Assembly (NCBI GenBank): GCA_050950825.1
Contig: JBMNIH010000004.1
Span: 608,001 to 672,000, forward strand
Reading direction: 5' to 3'
Length of the DNA stretch: 64,000 nt
Origin: Clostridia bacterium
GTDB lineage: Bacteria > Bacillota > Clostridia > JAAYHZ01
Numbering within the stretch: position 1 is the stretch's first letter; every line of letters starts with the position of its first letter. Positions 47,901 through 57,608 of the stretch are shown here, piece after piece. The notes beneath the pieces were generated by a model. It was not told the origin of the DNA and searched no databases. It was given only the letters and a program-made list of their open reading frames with translations. A program made the translations under genes and the position numbers.

Positions 47901-48733
47901 ACACGCAGCCGAAAATGGTATCCGACTTGATTCGCGTCATGGGATTGACCCACGGAACCGACGTTTGGTTGAACAACGCCCAAAAACTGATTTTGGAAAA
48001 CGGACTGACGCTTCAAGAAGTCATTTGCAACCGCGACGATATTATGAACTATTTAATTAAAGCCGGTCTCGAGCCTTTCCATGCCTTCGACATCATGGAA
48101 AAGGTACGAAAAGGGAAAGGCCTTACGGAGAAACAGGAAGCTTTAATGCGGGAAAAAGATGTACCGGAATGGTATATCGATTCCTGTAAAAAAATCAAGT
48201 ACATGTTCCCGAAAGCCCATGCCGCCGCTTATGCCATGATGGCTTTAAGGATCGGATGGTTTAAAGTGTACAGACCTGTAGCCTTTTACACGGCATACTT
48301 TTCCGTACGGGGAGAAGATTTTGATGCAAACATTATGACTCGAGGAAAAGACAAGGCAAAAGCCATTTACCTAGAATTGAAAAAGAGAAACGGAAACGAA
48401 TTGTCTCAAAAAGAGAAAAATATCCTCACCCTTTTGGCATTGGTCATTGAAATGTATGAAAGAGGAATCGAAATGCTGCCTGTGGATATTTACAAATCCG
48501 AAGCGCTTCGCTTCACGATGGAAGAGGGAAAAATTCGACCTTCGTTAAACTCTTTGAGCGGGTTAGGAAACAACGCCGCTTTGAGTATAGCGGAAGCCCG
48601 TAAAAAAGGATCCTTTAAATCCGTTGAGGATTTGAGGCTGTCGGCAAAGGTCGGAAAAAATGTAATCGAGATTCTTCGAGACTACGGATGCTTAGACGGT
48701 ATGCCGGGAGACAACCAAATGACCATCTTCTGA
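44975..48733 (+). CDS. polC: DNA polymerase III PolC-type, lacking the inserted 3'-5' exonuclease domain
   Basis: N-terminal domains, OB fold, PHP (ELHAHT, TDHG, TCDVH), GSRGSVGSS, Zn finger, PDIDLNF, HPGG, KLDILGHD, FPKAHAAAY and C-terminal QMTIF clamp motif. 1252 aa. Confidence 0.96.
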   Translation: MKDKIAVSKFLGLEKETKDIEGIYIHNITVESKTDSVTLFLYSDRWICCEVTEFVKKQTCKKFNLEHVNVACIYPEELDLETVIQEDLNGILHILEKECPSVCNIVKDCQWSGEGNTLRLDLRGLNGSCCSFLKIRQFDKIIKDFFERRYRITPVLEICWPEDTDTEDCDIEFESLKEEIRKQEELIPVIEPAPKAGKPASGGESPTDNANESKKPKKGRGRNRTDEGMIYGKTITEGPVPIETLTPVTGTCVIKGDVIAYESVTLKSGDKCIIKFDITDYTDSVTCKLFADVNDEPYFKESLKGQTVCVKGSALYDTFDRDLCVNVYSIAPAEKEKEITDNSPVKRVELHAHTKMSSMDGVCSTSDLVKLAIRYGHKAVAITDHGVVQAFPEAMNTKENAKSDIKIIYGVEAYLTDSVQDVVNGESYHCIVLVQNQTGLKNLYKLISMSHLDYFYKHPKMPREVLQKYREGLILGSACEAGELYQAILAKKSPEEIRKIVDFYDYLEIQPNGNNMFMVRNGLLHSVQDIEDINRYIVSLAKEAGKPVVATCDVHFLREKDSVFRKLLMAGQGYSDAEFQAPLYFRTTEEMLAEFQYLGADTAYEVVVTNTNQIAERIENLRPVPKGTYTPEIEGAEEELENSCMEKAKEIYGDPLPEIVSDRLKRELKAIIGNGFAVMYIIARKLVLKSVADGYIVGSRGSVGSSFAAHMCGITEVNALPPHYVCRKCKHSEFILDGSYDCGHDMPDKVCPKCGSLYAKDGFDIPFETFLGFNGEKAPDIDLNFAGEYQPVAHKYTEELFGEGYTYRAGTIGTLAEKTAMGFVKGYFDEKGIPLKKAEMNRLIAGCTGVKRTTGQHPGGIVVIPKKYEVYDFCPIQHPADAKESDIITTHFDFHSISDTILKLDILGHDDPTTIKMLEDLTGIKATDIPLHDDKVLSLFTSTEALGVRPEDIDSTTGTLGLPETGTDFVRGVLIDTQPKMVSDLIRVMGLTHGTDVWLNNAQKLILENGLTLQEVICNRDDIMNYLIKAGLEPFHAFDIMEKVRKGKGLTEKQEALMREKDVPEWYIDSCKKIKYMFPKAHAAAYAMMALRIGWFKVYRPVAFYTAYFSVRGEDFDANIMTRGKDKAKAIYLELKKRNGNELSQKEKNILTLLALVIEMYERGIEMLPVDIYKSEALRFTMEEGKIRPSLNSLSGLGNNAALSIAEARKKGSFKSVEDLRLSAKVGKNVIEILRDYGCLDGMPGDNQMTIF

Positions 48734-48756
48734 AACAGATCATAGCGAGAAAATGC

Positions 48757-48780
48757 AGGCACCCGAACGGTGCCTTTTTT
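48757..48780 (+). terminator. Intrinsic terminator of polC
   Basis: AGGCACC-CGAAC-GGTGCCT followed by Ts. Confidence 0.8.
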
Positions 48781-49041
48781 ATATTTTTTCGGTATCACCG
48801 GCATCCATTGTATATTTATGGTACACCTAAACCTTAGGCGGTGCATATGACCTATTACGTATAATCTTACTATTTCATATGCCGTAGCGGTAGGACGTAT
48901 AGGCTGCCGGATTTTTATAGCGCCGCACTTGTTGATAGCCAAAGCCTGTCTTCTCCTTGCGATTTGTATGTTACGGGATACGGGGAGGCGGCGGAGTTAT
49001 ACGAATTAGGGAAAAGCCCTTGATAGGAAAACGAAAAAATG

Positions 49042-49072
49042 AAAACCGGCGTAAAAATCATACGCCGGTTTT
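49042..49072. terminator. Bidirectional intrinsic terminator
   Basis: AAAACCGGCGTA-loop-TACGCCGGTTTT. Confidence 0.8.
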
Positions 49073-49083
49073 AAAATGGTTAT

Positions 49084-50127
49084 TTACTCGTTATCTTTTA
49101 TCATAGTACGGAATATTGCCAGATTTTCATCACGGTATCGGTCTTGGATTCTTCTCATGGCGTCTCCTGCGGTCTTCCATACCAATTCCGGATTTACGCT
49201 GCGGTAGGTATTGGATTCGGCTCCGCGGAAGCTCCAGAACAAGATGGTTCTTGCACCGGCGTCGTAAGCTGCATCCGTTGCGTAGATGATTTCTTCTTCG
49301 CGTCCGGCAGGAACTCCGAAGCCTTGAATCCAGATGTTGTGATCTTTGTTAAATTGCTTACAGATATCAAGGTTTTTCTTTGTCCCTTTATACACAAAGT
49401 CGTATGAATTTGTGGTACTACCGTACCAGTAAGGATCCGAACCGATGTTGTGAAGGGAAGGTAGGCTGCAGATCTTATCGATGTTCTTTAAGTGGATACC
49501 TAATTGTTCGCCAAGCATGACGCAAACCGTATTGGTCATTCCCTTGGATGCGCTGTATTCGGTAACGTGTTTGAAATAGTCGACAATGGAATTTACTCGA
49601 AATTCCGCCACTTCGTCGGTGAAAGTGCTTGGCATTTCAAAACCGTAGATATCTTTGAATAGCTTTTTGCATACATTGCAGCAGCATGTAAATTTTGTCG
49701 GTTTTCCGTCTTTGATTTCTCTTCCTACCAAATGCGGTTCATCCCAGAATATGATTCTTCCGCCGCAGTCGTATACCACATCAATCCATTCCCGAGTGAA
49801 TCTGCGGAAATCTTCATTATTGTAGCATGCGCGTACAGGATCGTTGGTTCCGTCGTTATACACTTGGTGCGCTTCGGGATAATAGGCTAAAAAGTGAGAT
49901 TTATCCCCAGGAGGTCCGCCGATTCCCCAATTGTCCACCCAAAGCTCCAAGCCTTTTTCCAAAGTCATGTCGAAAATTTCTTTCATTATTTTATGATGCC
50001 TGTCCCAGTCGTTGTGGGAGAACATGTGAACGACCAAATTAAAATTGTGGTTGATAATATCGTTCAGGTCCTCTTCCACATGCTTTAAAATACGATTGCC
50101 ATGATAGGCAACACCGGTTTTTAACAT
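49084..50127 (-). CDS. Uncharacterised TIM-barrel protein, probable clan GH-A-like glycoside hydrolase
   Basis: FWDEPH, CCCNVC metal knuckle, GSDPYW, IWIQGF, FWSF. SD AAGGAGG. No signal peptide. Confidence 0.55.
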   Translation of the reverse strand: MLKTGVAYHGNRILKHVEEDLNDIINHNFNLVVHMFSHNDWDRHHKIMKEIFDMTLEKGLELWVDNWGIGGPPGDKSHFLAYYPEAHQVYNDGTNDPVRACYNNEDFRRFTREWIDVVYDCGGRIIFWDEPHLVGREIKDGKPTKFTCCCNVCKKLFKDIYGFEMPSTFTDEVAEFRVNSIVDYFKHVTEYSASKGMTNTVCVMLGEQLGIHLKNIDKICSLPSLHNIGSDPYWYGSTTNSYDFVYKGTKKNLDICKQFNKDHNIWIQGFGVPAGREEEIIYATDAAYDAGARTILFWSFRGAESNTYRSVNPELVWKTAGDAMRRIQDRYRDENLAIFRTMIKDNE

Positions 50128-50332
50128 TCGAAAAACCCTCCTTAATAAAGAAAAATAAAATCCGTATGATGAGTTTCATCTATCAATGAAAGCAATATAT
50201 CATAATTAATTCAGGTTGTAAACGAACTTTCAGACTTTTCCAATATCGAAAGATCCGTGAAAAACGAGATAACAATAAAAAGATTCACAATAAGGACAAT
50301 AAGGTTTTGTTAGAAGATTTTATGACAACCTC

Positions 50333-50401
50333 TTGCCATTTGACGAAAAAAACAGTATACTAATAATGTCGTTTGATTTATTCAAACCGTCTTGGTATAA
50401 T
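50333..50401 (+). promoter_or_regulatory. Two tandem sigma-A promoters of the rimP-nusA-infB operon
   Basis: TTGCCA-17-TATACT (50333-50361) and TTGATT-17-TATAAT with a TG extension (50373-50401). Confidence 0.65.
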
Positions 50402-50426
50402 GGTGCTGTATATTGCGGAGTATGAC

Positions 50427-50449
50427 AAGAGTGGGACATCCCACTCTTT
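50427..50449 (+). ncRNA. rimP-leader hairpin (cis-regulatory attenuator motif)
   Basis: AAGAGTGGG-ACAT-CCCACTCTT just upstream of rimP, matching the conserved GAGTGGG/CCCACTC rimP leader. Confidence 0.75.
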
Positions 50450-50501
50450 CCATTATGTTAAATATTTTTATTAATTTTATGGTAAATGTGCGGAGGATTG
50501 A

Positions 50502-50972
50502 ATGGCAAGAGGAAAAATTGCATCCATGGTGTACGAAATAGCAAAACCGATTGTAGAAGATGAGTTCGGTTTTGATTTGGTTGACGTGGAGTATAAAAAA
50601 GAAGGACCCTCTATGGTGCTGAGGGTCATTATCGATAAAGCAGGCGGTATATCCGTTGAGGACACTTATGTGATTGCCACCCGTTTAAATCCTTTGTTGG
50701 ATGAGAAAGAGGATTTATTCGAAGGCAGCTACCGGTTTCAAGTCTCTTCGCCGGGTTTGGATCGTCCCTTGAAAACCGAGAGTGATTTTCGAAGATACCG
50801 CGGATCTCGCATTGAGGTGAGATTATACAGTAAACAAAATGACAAAAAGTCGTTCGAAGGAATATTGGAAAATTACGAAAACGGTCTTATCACCATTACC
50901 AATGACGAAGGGAAGTCTTTGACATTTGATGAGAGCAATGTCAGCACGGTTAAGCGCGTGATTGTTTTTTAA
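50502..50972 (+). CDS. rimP: Ribosome maturation factor RimP
   Basis: LVDVEY, LRVIIDK.GGI, VSSPGLDRPL. Confidence 0.95.
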   Translation: MARGKIASMVYEIAKPIVEDEFGFDLVDVEYKKEGPSMVLRVIIDKAGGISVEDTYVIATRLNPLLDEKEDLFEGSYRFQVSSPGLDRPLKTESDFRRYRGSRIEVRLYSKQNDKKSFEGILENYENGLITITNDEGKSLTFDESNVSTVKRVIVF

Positions 50973-50991
50973 GGCTTGTTGGAGGGAAATC

Positions 50992-52170
50992 ATGAACGTA
51001 GAATTTATACATGCATTGGAACAAATAGAAAAAGAAAAAGGAATAAGCAAAAAAGTTTTAATTGAGGCGATGCAAGAAGCCCTGCTTTCGGCATACAGAA
51101 AAAACTTCGGAAACGATGAAAACATTTCCGTTAACATAGATTCACAGACCGGTCGTATTCGTGTGTATGCTACGAAAACCGTTGTGAAGGAAGTAAAAAA
51201 CAGCGCAACGGAGGTCGCATTGGAGCAAGCCATAAAATCCGACCCTTCCATAGTAGAAGGGGATTTGGTGCAGGTGGAAAGCACCCCGGAACGTTTTGGC
51301 CGAATTGCGGCACAGACGGCAAAGCAAGTGGTTATGCAAAGAATACGGGAAGCGGAAAAGAACCTCATATTCGAAGAGTTCTACAGCAAAGAAAACGATA
51401 TCGTAACCGGGATTATTCAGCATGCGGACAAAAAGAATGTGATTGTGGACTTGGGCCGGATCGAAGGTATTATGCCTGCTTCCGAGCAAGTACCCAATGA
51501 AAAGTATCTTTTTAATAAACGTATGAAATTTTACGTTCTTGAAGTGAAAAACCAAAGCAAGGGGCCGTCGATTTTGCTGTCCCGATCCCATCCTTCTTTG
51601 ATCAAGCGCCTGTTTGAGCTGGAAGTACCGGAGATTTTCAACGGCGTTGTGGAGATAAAGAGCATTGCCCGAGAAGCGGGTTCTCGAACCAAAATGGCGG
51701 TATGGTCCCACGATTCCAATGTAGACCCGGTAGGAGCATGCGTCGGTCAAAGAGGCATTCGGGTACAAAATGTAGTGGAAGAACTGAATGACGAAAAAAT
51801 TGATATTTTGAAGTGGAGTCCTAATCCGGCGGAGTACATTTCCAACAGCTTAAGTCCCGCCGAAGTGATTCGAGTAGAAATATTCGAAGATGAAAAAGCC
51901 GCTCGCGTCACCGTGCCGGACCACCAGCTTTCCTTGGCTATCGGGAAAGAAGGTCAAAACGCCAGACTGGCTGCTCGATTGACCGGATGGAAGATCGATA
52001 TCAAGAGCGAATCGCAAATGAGAAAGCTTTTGGAACAAGAATTGTTTGCCGGAAATTTGTTTAAAGACCCCGCAGAAACGAATGAAGAGCCGGAAGATTC
52101 GGAAGAATATGAAGCAACCGAAGATACGGAAGATGTTGATGCGGATTTTGAGGAAGAGCAAGAAGAATAA
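50992..52170 (+). CDS. nusA: Transcription termination/antitermination factor NusA
   Basis: FGRIAAQTAKQV, AREAGSRTK, LSLAIGKEGQNARLAARLTGWKIDI. ATG at 50992 follows SD GGAGG. Confidence 0.97.
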   Translation: MNVEFIHALEQIEKEKGISKKVLIEAMQEALLSAYRKNFGNDENISVNIDSQTGRIRVYATKTVVKEVKNSATEVALEQAIKSDPSIVEGDLVQVESTPERFGRIAAQTAKQVVMQRIREAEKNLIFEEFYSKENDIVTGIIQHADKKNVIVDLGRIEGIMPASEQVPNEKYLFNKRMKFYVLEVKNQSKGPSILLSRSHPSLIKRLFELEVPEIFNGVVEIKSIAREAGSRTKMAVWSHDSNVDPVGACVGQRGIRVQNVVEELNDEKIDILKWSPNPAEYISNSLSPAEVIRVEIFEDEKAARVTVPDHQLSLAIGKEGQNARLAARLTGWKIDIKSESQMRKLLEQELFAGNLFKDPAETNEEPEDSEEYEATEDTEDVDADFEEEQEE

Positions 52171-52251
52171 TCGGCTCCAATGTGAATTTTATTTAAAATT
52201 CAATGAAATCATGCTACTATATACTAGTGTTATGACAAAGGAGAGTGAACA

Positions 52252-52548
52252 ATGAGTCAGGCGATGAGAAAAAGAAAAGTACCTATGCGCAAATGTATCG
52301 GATGCGACGAATCAAAACCCAAAAAGGAATTGGTTCGAATAGTACGAGACCAAGAGGGCAATATAAAGGTAGATTTTACGGGAAAAGCTTCAGGTAGGGG
52401 TGCCTATATCTGTTGGAATACTCATTGTTTTGACTCCGCTCGAAAAGGAAAGAAGCTTCAAAAGTCATTCGAAATGAACATTACGGATGAAACCTATGAA
52501 CGATTGCGTCAGGAATTAAGCGAGAAGATGCCGAATGCAAACGAATGA
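52252..52548 (+). CDS. ylxR: YlxR (DUF448 / RnpM) RNA-binding protein
   Basis: PMRKCIGC, KKELVRIV, GKASGRGAYIC. Confidence 0.93.
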   Translation: MSQAMRKRKVPMRKCIGCDESKPKKELVRIVRDQEGNIKVDFTGKASGRGAYICWNTHCFDSARKGKKLQKSFEMNITDETYERLRQELSEKMPNANE

Positions 52549-52894
52549 AATAAAGCGTATCTATTCTTTTATCGGGTTAGCGGCAAAAGCGAATAAAATT
52601 GTTTCCGGTGGCGAATTGAGCGAAAAAGCCATAAAGGAAAATAAAGCCCGATTGGTGATTATTGCCCAAGATGCAGCCGATAATACCGTTAATAAATTTA
52701 GTGAATTGTGTCAAAAAAAATCTATCACCCCGATTCGTTTCGGGTATAAGGAGGAGCTTGGAAAAACTATTGGAAAAGCAGGTTCAAGAAGTGTTGTATG
52801 TATCACTTGTAAGCATTTTGCGAGTGGATTACGAAAGATGGTCGGTTCAATGATTTTCGGGGGTGAAACGTTTGGCGAAGATAAGAGTATATGA
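52535..52894 (+). CDS. ylxQ: L7Ae family RNA-binding protein YlxQ
   Basis: [29 protein letters not shown]. Confidence 0.9.
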   Translation: MQTNEIKRIYSFIGLAAKANKIVSGGELSEKAIKENKARLVIIAQDAADNTVNKFSELCQKKSITPIRFGYKEELGKTIGKAGSRSVVCITCKHFASGLRKMVGSMIFGGETFGEDKSI

Positions 52895-55800
52895 GTTGGC
52901 TAAAGAATTGAATACAAGTAGTAGCAGATTGCTAGAAAAATTAGCTGATCTTGGTGTGCATAAAAATAATCATATGAGTTATATTGAAGAAGATGAGTTA
53001 GAGAAGCTTTACATTGATTTGGGAATCCGAAAAGGAGAAAGCCAAAGCACGGAAGGAAAAACGGCGGCTTCGACGGTAAAAAAAGCCGTAGAGAAAAAGC
53101 CGGTAAAAGCGTCCGTGGTTTTTGAGCCGACAAAGGATCAAGCCGAATCAAGCGGTAAGGGAAGCGAGCCCGTTAAAAAAGTTTCGAAGGAGGCACCGAA
53201 AGGAGCAAAAGGCAAAGGTGCGGAAGCTCCTTCAAAAGGCAAGCCTTCGAGAGATAAGGCCGGTTCGGGAAAACAAGCAAAAGGAAATAAATTTACGGAG
53301 AAGAAAAGGGAAACCGCTCATTCAGGATTGTTAGGCGATATGAAGGTCGTTACCGATGATGATCGCATGAGAATGTTGAAAGAAAAAGCCCGCAGGATGA
53401 GATTGGAAAAAGAAAAAGCGGAAAAGGAAAAGAATGAAGCGGAAAAGCATACCGTATCCGATAAAGCCGTTAAGAGCGAACCGGAAAAGAAGAAGGAACC
53501 GGCAAAAGAAGAGGATACACCCGTTATCAAGATCATAAAGATTGATCCTGAATCCTTGCAGGACCGAAAAGACGATACCGTTGTTCGTAAAGAGCAAAAA
53601 GAAGCTCCGAAGCAAGAACAAGAAGCTAAAATCATAAAAGTCACGAAGATTGAAAAAGAAGTTCATGATAAAAAGGTAGAAGATTCTTCCGCTAAAGAAA
53701 AACCCGTAGCCGCTGCGGAAGACAAGTCCGTAAAAACGGCGACACCGGCGCAGGAAGAGAAAAAAGAACCTACTCCGCCGATCGTGAAAAAAGCGGATAC
53801 GCAGGGATCTTCGGAAGAATCCGCTCCCGTTAAAGAAACGGCCGCTGCGAAGGAGACTTCGGAAAAAGGCCGCGAAGCGGAAGAGAAGCTGCCTTTGCAA
53901 AAGGAACAAGAAAAAGAGAAGAAAACCATTAAATATCCTGCGAGAACGCCTGAACAGGTCAAAAAGCCGGAGCCGGAAGCGCCGGTTCAAGAGCCCGCTG
54001 AAATAAAAAACAAAGGGGCTGCCGACGACAAAGGTGTTCAAAAGAAGGGTGCTGCAGACATCCGCAAGCAGGACCAGAAGAAAAAAGATAAAAAGGATTT
54101 GGATATCCCTAAATTTGATACGGACATCGAGGATATTAAAGGGAAGAGTACCGGAGAGCGCAGAAGCTACAACGCGAAAGACTTTGAAAAGCTGGATAAA
54201 AGGGAACAGAAAAAAGGCTTGGATAAGCCGATAGCGGTTTCAAAGGCCGGTGTAACGAAAAAGAACCGCTTTAAAAAGCCGGACTTTATAATCGGTCAGA
54301 AGAAGGGCATCCATGAAGTGTTGTCCGATGAATTTATTCTCGACGAGTTCTACAATGACGAAATTGATCTTGGAAGAAAGAAAAAGGTAAAGAAGCAAAA
54401 GGCAAGTGCGCCGCCTCCTCCAAGGGAAGTATTAAAGCATGTGGTTTTGCCCGCGGAGATGACGGTAAAGACTTTCAGTGAAAAAATCAAGAAAACCTCC
54501 GCCGAGGTTATTATGAAGCTGATGGATTTGGGCATTATCGCGAATGTCAACCAATCCATCGATTACGAAACGGCTTCCATTGTTGCCGATGAATTCGGCA
54601 TTACCACCGAAAGAGAAGTGGTGGTCACGGCGGAAGACATTTTGTTCGACGACAGTGAAGATAAAGAGGAAGAACTGGAGCCCCGTCCTCCTGTAGTCGT
54701 TGTAATGGGACACGTAGACCATGGTAAAACGTCGCTGTTGGACGCTATCAAGAAGACCAACGTTACGGCGGAAGAAGCCGGAGGCATTACCCAGCATATA
54801 GGGGCTTACATGGTGAATATCAACGGAAGAGACATTACGTTCTTGGACACCCCGGGGCACGAAGCCTTTACATCCATGCGTGCCAGAGGAGCACAGGTTA
54901 CGGATATCGCCATATTGGTGGTAGCCGCCGACGACGGTGTTATGCCTCAGACCGTTGAAGCCATCAACCATGCCAAAGCGGCAGGGGTATCCATTATTGT
55001 GGCTATCAACAAGATTGACAGTCCCAATGCAAATCCGGAGAAGGTAAAACAAGAGCTGACGGAATACGGATTGGTAGCCGAAGAATGGGGCGGAGACACC
55101 ATCTGCGTACCGGTATCGGCATTAAAGCATGAAAATATTGACACGCTGTTGGAAATGGTGCTATTGACGGCGGACATTCTTGAATTGAAGGCTGCGCCCA
55201 ACAAGCAGGCAAAAGGTACCGTCATCGAGTCTCGTTTGGACAGAGCGGCAGGCCCCATAGCGACTCTTTTGGTTCAAAGAGGAACGTTAAAAACGGGAGA
55301 TTCCATCGTTGCCGGTACGGCGGTCGGTCGCGTCCGCAGGATGCAAAACGACAAAGGACAGGATATCGAGGCTGCAGGACCTTCCACACCGGTTGAAATT
55401 CTCGGTTTGGATGAGGTTCCGGAAGCCGGCCAAGAGTTCTATGTGGTGGAAGACGAAAGATTGGCAAGACATCTGGCCGAAGAACGGAAAGAAAAACATC
55501 GTGAATCCACCATCGGCCACAGCAATGCCGAAATCACCCTGGAAGACTTGTTTGACAGGATTCAAGCGGGTACGGTGAAGGAACTGAACGTGATTGTGAA
55601 AGCGGATGTTCACGGTTCCGTAGAAGCCGTAAAACAGTCCTTGGAAAAGCTGTCCAACGCTGAAGTAAAAATCAATATCATCCACGGCGCTGTCGGTACG
55701 GTAAACGAGTCCGACGTTCAATTGGCGGCGGTATCCAATGCCATTATCATCGGATTTAACGTTCGACCTAACGCCAACGTTACCGATTTAGCAAAGGGCA

Positions 55801-56183
55801 TGAAGGTAGACATGAGATTCTATCGTGTCATATACGATGCCATCGAAGATATCCAAGCCGCTATGAAAGGGCTGTTGGATCCGACGTATAAGGAAGTGGT
55901 AACCGGACATGTGGAAATCCGCCAGATCTTTAGAATCTCGGGAGTCGGAACCATTGCGGGTTGCTATGTTACCGACGGGAAGGTCGCTCGAAACGATAAC
56001 GTTCGACTGGTGCGTGACGGTATCGTTATATTCGAAGGGAAATTGGCTTCCCTCAAGCGATTTAAAGACGACGTCAGAGAAGTGCAAAAAGGATACGAAT
56101 GCGGTTTATCCTTGGAAAACTACAATGATATCAAAGAGGGAGACATTATCGAACTCTATGAAATGGTAGAGGTGAATAAATAA
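52872..56183 (+). CDS. infB: Translation initiation factor IF-2
   Basis: [47 protein letters not shown]. The likely start is TTG at 52872. Confidence 0.97.
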   Translation: MAKIRVYELAKELNTSSSRLLEKLADLGVHKNNHMSYIEEDELEKLYIDLGIRKGESQSTEGKTAASTVKKAVEKKPVKASVVFEPTKDQAESSGKGSEPVKKVSKEAPKGAKGKGAEAPSKGKPSRDKAGSGKQAKGNKFTEKKRETAHSGLLGDMKVVTDDDRMRMLKEKARRMRLEKEKAEKEKNEAEKHTVSDKAVKSEPEKKKEPAKEEDTPVIKIIKIDPESLQDRKDDTVVRKEQKEAPKQEQEAKIIKVTKIEKEVHDKKVEDSSAKEKPVAAAEDKSVKTATPAQEEKKEPTPPIVKKADTQGSSEESAPVKETAAAKETSEKGREAEEKLPLQKEQEKEKKTIKYPARTPEQVKKPEPEAPVQEPAEIKNKGAADDKGVQKKGAADIRKQDQKKKDKKDLDIPKFDTDIEDIKGKSTGERRSYNAKDFEKLDKREQKKGLDKPIAVSKAGVTKKNRFKKPDFIIGQKKGIHEVLSDEFILDEFYNDEIDLGRKKKVKKQKASAPPPPREVLKHVVLPAEMTVKTFSEKIKKTSAEVIMKLMDLGIIANVNQSIDYETASIVADEFGITTEREVVVTAEDILFDDSEDKEEELEPRPPVVVVMGHVDHGKTSLLDAIKKTNVTAEEAGGITQHIGAYMVNINGRDITFLDTPGHEAFTSMRARGAQVTDIAILVVAADDGVMPQTVEAINHAKAAGVSIIVAINKIDSPNANPEKVKQELTEYGLVAEEWGGDTICVPVSALKHENIDTLLEMVLLTADILELKAAPNKQAKGTVIESRLDRAAGPIATLLVQRGTLKTGDSIVAGTAVGRVRRMQNDKGQDIEAAGPSTPVEILGLDEVPEAGQEFYVVEDERLARHLAEERKEKHRESTIGHSNAEITLEDLFDRIQAGTVKELNVIVKADVHGSVEAVKQSLEKLSNAEVKINIIHGAVGTVNESDVQLAAVSNAIIIGFNVRPNANVTDLAKGMKVDMRFYRVIYDAIEDIQAAMKGLLDPTYKEVVTGHVEIRQIFRISGVGTIAGCYVTDGKVARNDNVRLVRDGIVIFEGKLASLKRFKDDVREVQKGYECGLSLENYNDIKEGDIIELYEMVEVNK

Positions 56184-56222
56184 GGAGTTACGTCGTCAAC
56201 TCATAAAAAAGGAGTGAAGGAT

Positions 56223-56570
56223 ATGGCTTCTAGAATTGATCGAATATCGCATACGGTAAAAAAGGAATTAAGCGATATCATACAAAATAAATTAAAGGAT
56301 CCGAGAATCCCCGAAATGGTCAGTATAGTCTCGGTGGAAGTTACCGGCGATATGCGGGAAGCTACGTGTTATGTCAGCGTGTACGGCACCGAGGAAGATA
56401 AAGCTCGATGCATGGAAGGGCTGGCAGCGGCACAAGGATTTATTCGTAAGGAATTAGGTGCAAGATTAAATATACGGTATACGCCGAAGGTTACTTTTAA
56501 ATTGGATGACTCCATTGAGCACGGCGCTCATATCAATCTTTTGTTTAAGAAAATAAACGAGGGAAAGTAA
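56223..56570 (+). CDS. rbfA: Ribosome-binding factor A
   Basis: KDPRI, GFIRKELG..L.IRYTP..F..D.SIE. The start is ATG at 56223 or GTG at 56214. Confidence 0.95.
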   Translation: MASRIDRISHTVKKELSDIIQNKLKDPRIPEMVSIVSVEVTGDMREATCYVSVYGTEEDKARCMEGLAAAQGFIRKELGARLNIRYTPKVTFKLDDSIEHGAHINLLFKKINEGK

Positions 56571-56639
56571 AAGAAAATATCGGAAAAGAATGCCTTGTCG
56601 AAAACGGCAAGGCATTTTTCAGAAAGAGAACGGTGTCAT

Positions 56640-57608
56640 ATGCAGGAAATTATCAAGGCTGTGAAAGATGCTCAAACAATTGCCATATTTCCCCATATCA
56701 TGGCGGACGGTGATGCCATCGGAAGCTCTCTGGCATTGAAAGAGTTCTTAGACAGGCAGGGGAAAACAACTTACATCATCTATGAAGAGGAATGCTCCTA
56801 TAAATACCAATTTCTCTTCCGAGAAAAAAAACAGCGCTACATTTATCCGGATGTACCGGCAAAAAGGTTTGATTTGGCTATTTCCATCGACAGCGGCGAC
56901 ATGAGCATGCTAGGTAAAAGAGCCGAATTGTATAAATCCGCGCCGATAACCGTCAATATGGATCACCATAAAACCAACAAGATGTATGGGGATTTGAATT
57001 ATGTATCGCTGTCTTCGGCGGCTGCGGGAGAGATCATATACGATTTTTTAGTTTCCTATGATCCGGGATACGTTCCGGATACCTTTACGGCTTCATGTCT
57101 GTATACGGCGATTACGACGGATACAGGCGGGTTTCGCTATGCAAATACAACGAAAAGAACCCATGAAATTGCCGGTATATTGACCGACTGCGGTATTGAT
57201 GTTGAATACATCTGTAAGCAGGTTTTCGATTTGATGCCAAAGCCCCAAATGGAGCTTTTAAAGCGGGTACTGCCGAAGGCGTCCCTTGTCCATAACGGCA
57301 AAATCGGAATCATTCGAATTACTCGGAAAGACTACGAAGAAGTCGGCGCGAAAGAAGAGCACAGCGACGGATTCGTCGACTATGTTCGGAACGTGGAAGG
57401 CGTGGAGGTTGCCATCTCTTTCAAGGAAACCCGGGACGGAAAGGTAAAGGTCAGCTTTCGCAGCTCCGGTGTTGTGGACGTTTCCGAAACGGCTCGCCGG
57501 TTTAACGGCGGCGGTCATGAAAATGCCGCCGGATGTACGGTGGAAGGAGACCTTAGGCATGTGGAAGAAGAGGTTGTTCAATACTTGTTAGGGAGCATGG
57601 CGCCGTGA
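56640..57608 (+). CDS. nrnA: DHH family bifunctional oligoribonuclease/PAP phosphatase
   Basis: HIMADGDAIGS, MDHH, TDTGGF, SFRS, GGGHENAAG. Confidence 0.92.
   Translation: MQEIIKAVKDAQTIAIFPHIMADGDAIGSSLALKEFLDRQGKTTYIIYEEECSYKYQFLFREKKQRYIYPDVPAKRFDLAISIDSGDMSMLGKRAELYKSAPITVNMDHHKTNKMYGDLNYVSLSSAAAGEIIYDFLVSYDPGYVPDTFTASCLYTAITTDTGGFRYANTTKRTHEIAGILTDCGIDVEYICKQVFDLMPKPQMELLKRVLPKASLVHNGKIGIIRITRKDYEEVGAKEEHSDGFVDYVRNVEGVEVAISFKETRDGKVKVSFRSSGVVDVSETARRFNGGGHENAAGCTVEGDLRHVEEEVVQYLLGSMAP

Noticed and set aside
44975-48733. Intein or split in polC
   Set aside because: No intein motifs or extra insertion. The protein is shorter than usual, not longer.
48682-48942. 86-aa minus-strand ORF after polC
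   Set aside because: It runs through the polC terminator and 3' end, starts at a TTG and has no recognisable motif, although an AAGGAG SD-like sequence lies upstream.
53331-54041. 236-aa Phe/Arg-rich antisense ORF inside infB
   Set aside because: Mirror of the Lys/Glu-rich sense codons, with no SD or domain features.
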